A stretch of DNA of 64,000 nt from Nemertoderma westbladi (lineage: Eukaryota; Animalia; Xenacoelomorpha), in assembly GCA_032718475.1 (NCBI GenBank), contig JAUCBJ010002979.1, forward strand, positions 1,566 to 65,565, read 5' to 3'. The notes beneath the pieces are model-generated. The model had not been told where the DNA came from. It was given only the letters and a program-made list of their open reading frames with translations, and did not search any database. Positions 15,001 to 26,070 of this stretch are shown here, piece after piece. Position 1 is the stretch's first letter, and each line of letters starts with the position of its first letter. The translations under genes and the position numbers were made by a program.

Positions 15001-15936
15001 ACGGCCTACAGGGGGCTGTGGGAGGCATCGAGGTAGGCTGGGAAAGGATACGGCCTACAGGGGGCTGTGGGAGGCATCGAGGTAGGTCGAGAAAGGATAC
15101 GGACTACAGGGGGGCTGTGGGAGGTATCGAGGTAGGTGGGGAAAGGATACGGCCTACAGGGGGCTGTGGGAGGCACCGAGGTAGGTCGTGAAAGGATACG
15201 GACTACAGGGGGGCTGTGGGAGGCATCGAGGTAGGTGGAGAAAGGATACGGCCTACAGGGGGCTGTGGGAGGCATCGAGGTAGGTCGGGAAAGGATGCGG
15301 CCTACAGGGGGCTGTGGAAGGCATCGAGGTAGGTCGTGAAAGGATACGGCCTACAGGGGGCTGTGGGAAGCATCGAGGTAGGTGGGGAAAGGATACGGCC
15401 TACAGGGGGGCTGTGGGAGGCATCGAGGTAGGTCGGGAAAGGATACGACCTACAGGGGGCCTGTGGGAGGCATCGAGGTAGGTCGGGAAAGGATGCGGCC
15501 TACAGGGGGCTGTGGAAGGCATCGAGGTAGGTCGGGAAAGGATACGGCCTACAGGGGCTGTGGGAGGCATCGAGGTAGGTGGGGAAAGGATACGGCCTAC
15601 AGGGGGCTGTGGGAGGCATCGAGGTAGGCCGGGAAAGGATACGGCCTACAGGGGGCTGTGGGAGGCATCGAGGTAGGCCGGGAAAGGATACGGCCTACAG
15701 GGGGCTGTGGGAGGCATCGAGGTAGGTGGGGAAAGGATACGGCCTACAGGGGGGCTGTGGGAGGCATCGAGGTAGGCCGGGAAACGATACGGCCTACAGG
15801 GGGCTGTGGGAGGCATCGAGGTAGGTCGGGAAAGGATGCGGCCTACAGGGGGCTGTGGGAGGCATCGAGGTAGGTGGGGAAAGGATACGGTCTACAGAGG
15901 GCTGTGGGAGGCATCGAGGTAGGTCGGGAAAGGATA
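9020..15936 (+). repeat. 49-50-bp G-rich minisatellite (~140 copies) built from the exon 5/intron junction, with a 1611-bp higher-order repeat
   Basis: Unit GAAAGGATACGGCCTACAGGGGGGCTGTGGGAGGCATCGAG|GTAGGTCGG. Near-identical ORFs recur at 9612/11223/12834. Confidence 0.95.
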
Positions 15937-16235
15937 GTAAGTCACACAGTCAGGGTTAACAAACTAGGAGTATTCTTTGTAAATCGATCCGTAATACAGT
16001 CCGCATTTCTGGGCTCGGGTTAATAGGTATTGTAGTGGCGTTATTGTAATATTATTTCCTTCATTACTTCGTAAATGTTAATATGATAGTTAAAATATTT
16101 TAACTTTAAAAATATTTATTGTACTGCCAATAAACTAGGTTGCCGAATAATAAAAAAAACACATTTCATTCAAATTAAAATCTTAGAATATCCGTCTTTA
16201 CGGCCTAAATTAATTAAGTATCCGTCCCCTAGGTA

Positions 16236-18801
16236 TTATATTAAATACCATTAATTAATTAATACAATTTATATTAAATACCATTAATTAATTAATACAA
16301 TTTATATTAAATACCATTAATTAATTAATACAATTTATATTAAATACCATTAATTAATTAATTCAATTTATATTAAATACCATTAATTAATTAATACAAT
16401 TTATATTAAATACCATTAATTAATTAATACAATTTATATTAAATACCATTAATTAATTAATACAATTTATATTAAATAGCATTAATTAATTAATACAATT
16501 TATATTAAATAGCATTAATTAATTAATTCAATTTATATTAAATACCATTAATTAATTAATACAATTTATATTAAATACCATTAATTAATTAATACAATTT
16601 ATATTAAATACCATTAATTAATTAATACAATTTATATTAAATACCATTAATTAATTAATACAATTTATATTAAATACCATTAATTAATTAATACAATTTA
16701 TATTAAATAGCATTAATTAATTAATTCAATTTATATTAAATACCATTAATTAATTAATACAATTTATATTAAATACCATTAATTAATTAATACAATTTAT
16801 ATTAAATACCATTAATTAATTAATTCAATTTATATTAAATACCATTAATTAATTAATACAATTTATATTAAATACCATTAATTAATTAATACAATTTATA
16901 TTAAATACCATTAATTAATTAATACAATTTATATTAAATAGCATTAATTAATTAATTCAATTTATATTAAATACCATTAATTAATTAATACAATTTATAT
17001 TAAATACCATTAATTAATTAATACAATTTATATTAAATACCATTAATTAATTAATTCAATTTATATTAAATACCATTAATTAATTAATACAATTTATATT
17101 AAATACCATTAATTAATTAATACAATTTATATTAAATACCATTAATTAATTAATACAATTTATATTAAATAGCATTAATTAATTAATTCAATTTATATTA
17201 AATACCATTAATTAATTAATACAATTTATATTAAATACCATTAATTAATTAATACAATTTATATTAAATAGCATTAATTAATTAATACAATTTATATTAA
17301 ATAGCATTAATTAATTAATACAATTTATATTAAATACCATTAATTAATTAATACAATTTATATTAAATAGCATTAATTAATTAATTCGATTTATATTAAA
17401 TACCATTAATTAATTAATACAATTTATATTAAATACCATTAATTAATTAATTCAATTTATATTAAATACCATTAATTAATTAATACAATTTATATTAAAT
17501 ACCATTAATTAATTAATACAATTTATATTAAATAGCATTAATTAATTAATACAATTTATATTAAATAGCATTAATTAATTAATTCAATTTATATTAAATA
17601 CCATTAATTAATTAATACAATTTATATTAAATACCATTAATTAATTAATACAATTTATATTAAATACCATTAATTAATTAATACAATTTATATTAAATAG
17701 CATTAATTAATTAATACAATTTATATTAAATACCATTAATTAATTAATACAATTTATATTAAATACCATTAATTAATTAATACAATTTATATTAAATAGC
17801 ATTAATTAATTAATACAATTTATATTAAATACCATTAATTAATTAATACAATTTATATTAAATACCATTAATTAATTAATACAATTTATATTAAATACCA
17901 TTAATTAATTAATACAATTTATATTAAATACCATTAATTAATTAATACAATTTATATTAAATACCATTAATTAATTAATACAATTTATATTAAATACCAT
18001 TAATTAATTAATACAATTTATATTAAATAGCATTAATTAATTAATACAATTTATATTAAATACCATTAATTAATTAATACAATTTATATTAAATACCATT
18101 AATTAATTAATACAATTTATATTAAATAGCATTAATTAATTAATACAATTTATATTAAATACCATTAATTAATTAATACAATTTATATTAAATACCATTA
18201 ATTAATTAATACAATTTATATTAAATACCATTAATTAATTAATACAATTTATATTAAATACCATTAATTAATTAATACAATTTATATTAAATAGCATTAA
18301 TTAATTAATACAATTTATATTAAATACCATTAATTAATTAATACAATTTATATTAAATAGCATTAATTAATTAATACAATTTATATTAAATACCATTAAT
18401 TAATTAATACAATTTATATTAAATACCATTAATTAATTAATACAATTTATATTAAATACCATTAATTAATTAATACAATTTATATTAAATAGCATTAATT
18501 AATTAATACAATTTATATTAAATAGCATTAATTAATTAATTCAATTTATATTAAATACCATTAATTAATTAATACAATTTATATTAAATACCATTAATTA
18601 ATTAATACAATTTATATTAAATACCATTAATTAATTAATACAATTTATATTAAATAGCATTAATTAATTAATACAATTTATATTAAATACCATTAATTAA
18701 TTAATACAATTTATATTAAATACCATTAATTAATTAATACAATTTATATTAAATACCATTAATTAATTAATACAATTTATATTAAATACCATTAATTAAT
18801 T
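16236..18801. repeat. 33-bp very AT-rich satellite (~78 copies)
   Basis: Unit TTTATATTAAATACCATTAATTAATTAATACAA with ACC/AGC and TAC/TTC variants. Confidence 0.95.
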
Positions 18802-19634
18802 GAATAATTTAGTCATGGATTTCCATGATTACAAGCCATATCAGCAAATATTCCAGAACATTTTTAAACAAACTGGTGGGTAGGCCATGCTGGTACCACC
18901 GGCCACATATCGGCCACATGTATCATTTACAACGCCTTTGTTTTTACCTTGCGTAGGCCTGCTGCCGTTATGTATTTATTCGTGTTTAATTTCCCATATA
19001 TTATTCTACTTATTCCTCGCCATGAATTCATCTTTGGGCACAAGTAAAGCAAAATGGTCCCTACTTCGCCCTGTCTACACCACCTGCCATTTTTTTCACC
19101 AATCCTTTTTTAGTGTTTTTTTTTATGCTTTTTTGGTAGTGGTCAATGTTCTAGAAAATTAGTATATATGTTTTTTTTATGGTAGCTAGTGTTTTTTTAC
19201 TAGCTAGTATTTATTGAAATTATAAAAAATGCGACGTTGCTATTTTAGGTTTAAACTACAACAGGTTAACCAACAGTTTACAGTTTATATTCGTTTTTTT
19301 TAATTTTCAAAAAAATACAAGCTACCATTAAAAAAATATCTACGAATTTTCTAGAACATTCACCAATACCAAAAAAAACCTTAAAAAACACTAATAAATT
19401 TATTTGTAATATTAATATATTATTATATTATAATATATTGTAATAAATTAAACTAATTTTGGGACTCTTTTATTTGACAAGTGCCCATCTTTGGCTTATA
19501 ACATATCAGGCAAATGACATCCCTGCCATTTATAAAACTCGTTATGTTATTGATTAACGTTCAACACTGTTAATTATCTAATTAATTAATTACCATAATA
19601 CTAGCTAGTTAAACGATTCTTGGGCAAAGTTGCT

Positions 19635-19910
19635 ATTGGGCGGGCAACACACTCCAGCACCTATGCGACATGGGTACCTTATTGGGCGGGCAACACACTC
19701 CAGCACCTATGCGACATGGGTACCTTATTAGGCGGGCAACACACTCCAGCACCTATGCGACATGGGTACCTTATTGGGCGGGCAACACACTCCAGCACCT
19801 AGGCGACATGGGTACCTTATTGGGCGGACAACACACTCCAGCACCTATGCGACATGGGTACCTTATTGGGCGGACAACACACTCCAGCACCTATGCGACA
19901 TGGGTACCTT
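19635..19910. repeat. 46-bp tandem repeat x6
   Basis: Unit ATTGGGCGGGCAACACACTCCAGCACCTATGCGACATGGGTACCTT. Confidence 0.9.
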
Positions 19911-20563
19911 AATTTACCTACATTTTCATTTTTTTTTTAAACCTGTGTATTTTATGTAAAACGGTATGCATGTACATTTATTAATCATATATGTTACATT
20001 TGCATAAATATACCACAATATACTGTTTATTAATTCTACACATTAATTGTTATCTTTGTAATCAGTTGGGTATGTTTTCTTTATGAGCTCGAGTAGTTCT
20101 TTAAATGGTGTTTGTTTATGCATCAACCGCCAGCGAATTCAGCTAGGTTTTGCTTCAACGTGTTCTAGAACGTAAATGTACAATAAAGGTTCTAAAACAA
20201 ATGTAACTGATATAGCAACAATCTGAATAAGGCAAAAAAAAATCAAATTGAGGTATCCATGTCGTAGAAGTGCCCCCCCCCCCCCCCCCCCCCCACCCAC
20301 TGTCACTAAACAATAACTGGAATTGAAAAGAGTAAAAGAAAAGACGGAAGTAATTCATTCATGGACATAATAAAAGAAATAAAAACAACCTACCCTGTTG
20401 ATTAAATCAAATACTGTTTAGTAAAAACAACCTACCGTGTTGATTAAATCAAATACTGTTTAAATACTGAAATATGTATGAAAATGTTGAATGTAATATC
20501 ATTTAATTAATATAAAATATAAAAATAAATAAAAATATTTTCCACTTTTAAAAAATGGGCTAG

Positions 20564-21155
20564 AGTTCCGTATAGAACTGCCATGAATGTCATTGTTACT
20601 ATGGCAACGTTGAATAGTTCTATAACAATAGAACAAGTAATATATACTATTCTAGAACATAAATAAATTAAAAAATATTATGTTCTAGAACATATAGCTA
20701 GTAAATAAAATATATTTTTTTTTTAGATTTTAAAATAGCAATTTTCCCTTACGTATCTGACGTCTCCACAAGTATTCGGTAAGTTCTTCAGATAATTTCT
20801 CTTGATAGGCTTTACACTCCTTGCACCATGCTCTTGCGTCATAAATTTTTCTAATTTTTAGCCTTTACATTTCTTTTAATCGCTGTGAGTTGACCTGTGT
20901 GTATTTCGCAACCCCTTTGATATTCTGGACTCTTTCATATTGCCTGCTGTTTATTTACCGACTGCTGTTATACTGGTACATTAAAAAAAATATGTTAAAT
21001 GTAAAAAATTACTAGATACTATCTAGAACAATAATTTTTTTATTTTATTTTTGTTCTAGAATAGTGTATATTATATATTTTTTGTTCTAGAACTCTTCAC
21101 TGTGGCCATGGTAACAATGATTTATGTTATAAAAAATGCAGTTCCATACGGAACT
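20564..21155. mobile_element. Foldback/MITE-like element with ~150-bp imperfect inverted arms
   Basis: AGTTCCGTATAGAACTG...CATTGTTACTATGGC versus GCCATGGTAACAATG...CAGTTCCATACGGAACT. Arms carry TTCTAGAA motifs. Confidence 0.65.
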
Positions 21156-22367
21156 GTTACCAAAAAATGTTCTAGAACAAAATAAAACTTGTTCTAGATC
21201 ATTACACAAACACTGAAAGGTAACAGCTTGATACTGAAAGGTATCATCAATAGATTGAAAGGTAACAAGTTTTTACATTTTGGTATAAAATTAAAATTGG
21301 GGACGGGCTGATCTCTATCCTAATTTTTATGGTGTATCGGTAGCCAATATTTTATTTTTAGCTAGTTGTAAAAAAAATTTAATATATAATACATCAGAAT
21401 TTATAAAATTAAAAATAATTTTGTAAATGTTTTAGAGTTATAGTTATAGAACAAAATTTAATTATTAAATATATATAAAAAATCTAAAATGTCGTAAAAC
21501 ATTTTAAAATAATAACTAACAGAAACTATATTTTAAAATATAGTTTTTATTGTTCGAGAACAACATTTATTTCTTCTATGAATAGATATTATGTTCTAGA
21601 ACATTTTCAAAGAACCTAGTAACAAAAACAAGCAACTACATTAGTATACAAATTTGGAGAGGTGTGTACAAAAAATCACAGTAGTGCCTTCATAGCAAAG
21701 CAATAATTACATTAAAAACACTCATAAAAATAGACAAATACCTACCAAAATTAAATTTTTTTGTTCTTCAAAAACACTAGGAAGCTACCGGCACCAATTA
21801 AAAATTACCAGATGCATAATAGTTGATGTCCTAATATACATACAGTAGTATCAAAAGTATACAAAAAGGTCTGGGTAATTAATATTTTGAGTAATACTGA
21901 AAACTATTCCCAAAAGTAATTATTCCAATAATTATTTTTATAATAAAGATAAATATCGACCATATTCTAGAACATTTTAAAATAAGTATCAAAATATAGT
22001 AAGCATAAAATATTATTAGGATTATTGTTCAGAGATTTGTCAATGCCTACAGTATTTCAGTGTAAGCCTACGCGTACTGAGAGTGTAAGCTTATGTGTGT
22101 ACTGACTGAGAGTGAACCTTTTTTATTACGTTACTAAATCTTCAATTATTGGGTGATTATAGTGCCTGTTAAACAACATTACAACGCGTTTATAGTATTT
22201 GTGGGTCATCTACTGGTACTGGAAGAATATTATAAATATTAATAATAATAGAGACGCATTTTTTAAAACTTTCAATTAACTTCACGTCGCAAAAGCGACC
22301 GTAACGAGAGCAACAATAACTAAAGACCGAACGGGTTTGAATAGAACGTATCTATTGTAGTAGAAAC

Positions 22368-23720
22368 ATGGAGAAAAATGAGAATCGTAATAAACATACG
22401 AGACGAAGGAAAAAACCTCAACGCGACAAACGGAAGGAATACCACTTCGAAGACGTAGTGAAACTCATCGTACCGATAACCATATCAATGACATTGTCTA
22501 TCTTAATTTCTAAGATAGTCAACACAGCTGCCGATAGTACATTGTTCGGCGGCAATAAATCCCGTCCTACCAAAGTCACTGGTACAGATTCTGATCCGAC
22601 CGAACCCAACGACCTCCCCATGTGGGTCTCGATCGCAGCTTGTGTCGGCGTAATTGTCATTGTGAGTCTAGTGACATTCTTTATTGTCTGTCTATATGCA
22701 TGGGGTTGCTTGAAAACTCTAAAGGGAATTATAGGTTTAGAAGTGGCATTATTGCTCACATACCTTCTCATGTTCACTGCTCGCGAAGTTCTGTACAATT
22801 TGGGTTTGCCATTTGATTACATCACCTACGCGATAATTAGTTGGAATTTCACTGTCGTTGGATTAACTTCGATGTACTATGTAAGTCCGCTACTGCTCCA
22901 ACAATTCTACCTTATTTGTATCAGCGCGTTCCTCAGCAATTCTCTCGTATTCATTCTACTGTTGTGGTTTGGGTATCTCCTAATTATTTTCATTTTCCTT
23001 GGGGCTTTCTGTGTCTACGATATGGCATCAGTATTAATTCCGATGGGTCCGCTGAATCTTTTAGTTCGGGTGATGGAAGGCAACGTTCTGCGAGACGCCC
23101 CCTTCCGGCCGCTTATATACTCGACCGTTGCGACTGTTTATCTTCCATCCAAAACGGAACCGTGTCAGATTCCCGTTGCCAATAAACTCACGTCGCCCAG
23201 GACATCCAAGGCGGACCTACTCCGAGTAAGAAGCGTTCCACTAGTCAATAATAAAAGAAAATCCAAAACGGAATTGGGAAGTCAAGTTCAGTTTGTTGTA
23301 GGAATAAAATCTAATGAGAGTAAAGTGACGATTGGAAATAAAGTCGTTGAGAAGGAAGAAAACACCATTGGTGTGTTGGACAGAGAATTGCCTTTTACGA
23401 ATTTAACAGAATCGGAAAAGTTTAGGTCAAGTTTAACAGAAGGAGGAGATGGTCCGAGGTTGGGACTCGGCGACTTTATATTTTACAACATTCTTATGAT
23501 TTTGGCTGCCGCGAACGAGTCTGCTATTACTACAGTGTTTGCCTGCTATCTCTCTATCATTGTTGGATTGCTCGGCACTCTTTTCTTACTTCTGCTCACA
23601 AAGAAGGCCCTACCAGCTCTTCCGCTCTCCTTGGCTATTGGCATGTTCATATACTTTCTATCTGTTTACTGTGTCGCTCCATTTATTTCTACACTCTCTT
23701 ACAACTTCATTTTTATATAA
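22368..23720 (+). CDS. Intronless divergent presenilin-family (peptidase A22A, GxGD aspartyl protease), 450 aa, nested in CCDC83 intron 5
   Basis: Single ORF with many hydrophobic segments. Has TM6 YD (FCVYDMASVLIPMGPL), TM7 LGLGDFIFY, C-terminal ALPALPLS and WNFTVVG/PLLLQQFYLI motifs. AATAAA at 23761. Confidence 0.9.
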   Translation: MEKNENRNKHTRRRKKPQRDKRKEYHFEDVVKLIVPITISMTLSILISKIVNTAADSTLFGGNKSRPTKVTGTDSDPTEPNDLPMWVSIAACVGVIVIVSLVTFFIVCLYAWGCLKTLKGIIGLEVALLLTYLLMFTAREVLYNLGLPFDYITYAIISWNFTVVGLTSMYYVSPLLLQQFYLICISAFLSNSLVFILLLWFGYLLIIFIFLGAFCVYDMASVLIPMGPLNLLVRVMEGNVLRDAPFRPLIYSTVATVYLPSKTEPCQIPVANKLTSPRTSKADLLRVRSVPLVNNKRKSKTELGSQVQFVVGIKSNESKVTIGNKVVEKEENTIGVLDRELPFTNLTESEKFRSSLTEGGDGPRLGLGDFIFYNILMILAAANESAITTVFACYLSIIVGLLGTLFLLLLTKKALPALPLSLAIGMFIYFLSVYCVAPFISTLSYNFIFI

Positions 23721-23844
23721 ATTAACTAAATAACTTAAATATAAATGTTTGTAATGAATTAATAAAACCTCTGCTACTATGGCAACTTTTAATTAGAATC
23801 AATCAAGGATTAGGCCTACTCGTCACTGTGTTCGAGTAAACATA

Positions 23845-24527
23845 CATCGTCCATTCCACTAGGATGCATTGTCCACACCACTATAATGCATCGTCCACAC
23901 CACTATGATGCATCGTCCATATCACTATGCTATGATCCTTCGTCTACACCACTATGATCCATCGTCCATACCACTATGATGCATCGTCCATACCACTATG
24001 CTATGATCCATCGTCCACACCACTAGGATACATCGTCCACACAACTAGGATGCATCGTCTACACCACTATGATGCATAGTCCATATTACTATGCTATGAT
24101 CCTTCGTCTACACCACTATGATCCATCGTCCATACCACTATGATGCATCGTCCACACCACTAGGATACATCGTCCACACCACTAGGATACATCGTCCACA
24201 CAACTAGGATGCATCGTCTACACCACTATGATCCATCGTCCATACCACTATGATGCATCGTCCATACCACTATGCTATGATCCATCGTCCACACCACTAG
24301 GATACATCGTCCACACCACTCACTATGATGCATCGTCCACACCACTATGATGCATCGTCCATATTACTATGCTATGATCCTTCGTCTACACCACTATGAT
24401 CCATCGTCCATACCACTATGATGCATCGTCCACACCACTAGGATACATCGTCCACACCACTATGTTGCATCGTCCAGTCCATTAGGATGCATCGTTCACA
24501 CCACTATGATGCATCGTCCACACCACT
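23845..24527. repeat. ~22-bp degenerate tandem repeat just 3' of the presenilin gene
   Basis: Variants of CCACTATGATGCATCGTCCACA. Confidence 0.88.
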
Positions 24528-24830
24528 GCACTCGCCGGTCAGCCCGCAACGCAACAGTTCGCGACCAGCCATCTAACTCCCCAATTAATCTGCATTATCT
24601 ACTCTGTTGTCTTTTAGCAGAAGTTTCACGAATGTTAATTATAGGAAGGGGGGGGGGGGGATATAGGGGTCTTAACCTCGAATGGTAAGTTTATTTTACC
24701 GAAAATAACTTATCTTTTATTGGCGCAATTGTAGGACTAATCCCATCACATGCGTACTTTTTAACCGGGTAGTGTACAAATTTAGGAATTGCATAATTTT
24801 TCTTAAAATTAATATCTCATATCTCTCCAA

Positions 24831-24873
24831 ACCACGTACGCGTTTCAACCTTACTGGGTCTCATCAGCGTGGT
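24831..24873 (-). ncRNA. Minimal type I hammerhead ribozyme directly downstream of a tRNA-like head (24874-24935)
   Basis: ACCACG-CUGAUGA-GACC(CAGUAA)GGUU-GAAAC-GC-GUA^CGUGGU. The catalytic core is complete, stem I is 6 bp and stem III is the palindromic ACGCGU. Confidence 0.85.
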
Positions 24874-25477
24874 GTCGGATTCGAACCTGGGACCTCGAGG
24901 TGGAAGCCGAGACTCCAACCACTAGGCCACAGGTTCTTGAGATATGGAGTATTAATTTCAAAGCCAGTTGCCATTTTATTAGCCCCTGATTTTTATTATT
25001 GATAGTAACAAGGTCATGCCAAGACCTTGTTATCAGTGAATGTTAATGGCTGACCACAACGTTTCCTCTCGTCTGCCGACTACCATAAAACTGATCACTC
25101 ATAGACTGATCGATTCTACAATCGCAGCAACCGACAAATCGTATCCATAGTTCCTGCAAGGTGTTACTAGGTTTTGCATTTCTCGGTAACTGTCGACATT
25201 TTACAAAGCCTCGTTTATTAAGTTAGCTTTGTATTTTATGTCATGAACAACGTGCCGCATCCTGGTGTATGTGTACCATCAATGGGTCTGGTGACTTCTT
25301 CCCTAAATTGATAATTTAACATTGAGACGAGATATGGGATGGGGCCCCCCACCCATTCCCGTCTCAAATATACATATGCTCTACTGAACGTACCTGGAAT
25401 GTTACAGATTGGTCTTATCCGGATGACACACAATATCTGGTCTAATACTCTGTAACTGATGAAATTTTTCTGTACAG

Positions 25478-25628
25478 GTTCAACAGACTAGTGATTATGG
25501 TACTTCCGGTTATTCAACCATCGATATTGAGTCGCAAGATCTGGTGCAAGTGAGGCCGAAGAGCAGAACTCTTAGAATGGTTGAAGACAAACTTTTGGAA
25601 TATAACGAGGACAGTTTACTAGATGGAG
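25478..25628 (+). CDS. CCDC83: CCDC83-like exon 6
   Basis: tttctgtacag| acceptor, |gtaaaa donor. Open frame VQQTSDYGTSGYSTID...EDSLLDG, phases 0/1 consistent. Confidence 0.7.
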
Positions 25629-25783
25629 GTAAAATATTTGTTGATTATTTACATCTATTGATTGATTGATTGATAAATTTAAACTACTGTACAATAACAT
25701 CCACGGTTGTGATTTAATTGTTTTGAATATTTTGAATATTTTTTACTGCGGCCGCCATCAACAGGAATTTTTGTGTGTTTCAG

Positions 25784-26046
25784 ATGATTTCAGCAGCAGG
25801 GATGAGGACCTTTCTCGGGTTGCTATAGGAACTAAAGGAGATGGTGTATCTGAAGAGAGTCTATCTCTCAGACAACCTGACTCAGCTATCACTTACCATC
25901 CAGGCCATCCGAAACTTAGTTCCCGTTCACAAGGAATACTGAGTACTTTGGCGTCGGACGACCCCCTATATAAACGGGCCGTAGAAATATTCGAACGCGG
26001 GTCTCTCTTAGACAATTATTTCGTATTCGAGGACGATGATTTCGAT
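25784..26046 (+). CDS. CCDC83: CCDC83-like exon 7
   Basis: tttcag| acceptor, |gtaagt donor. Ends LLDNYFVFEDDDFD (human YLLYEDEKDFKD). Confidence 0.8.
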
Positions 26047-26070
26047 GTAAGTATAAGTATTGTATATGTG

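Noticed and set aside
9612-15873. Many short G/R/P-rich ORFs
   Set aside because: Translations of the 50-bp minisatellite in shifting frames.
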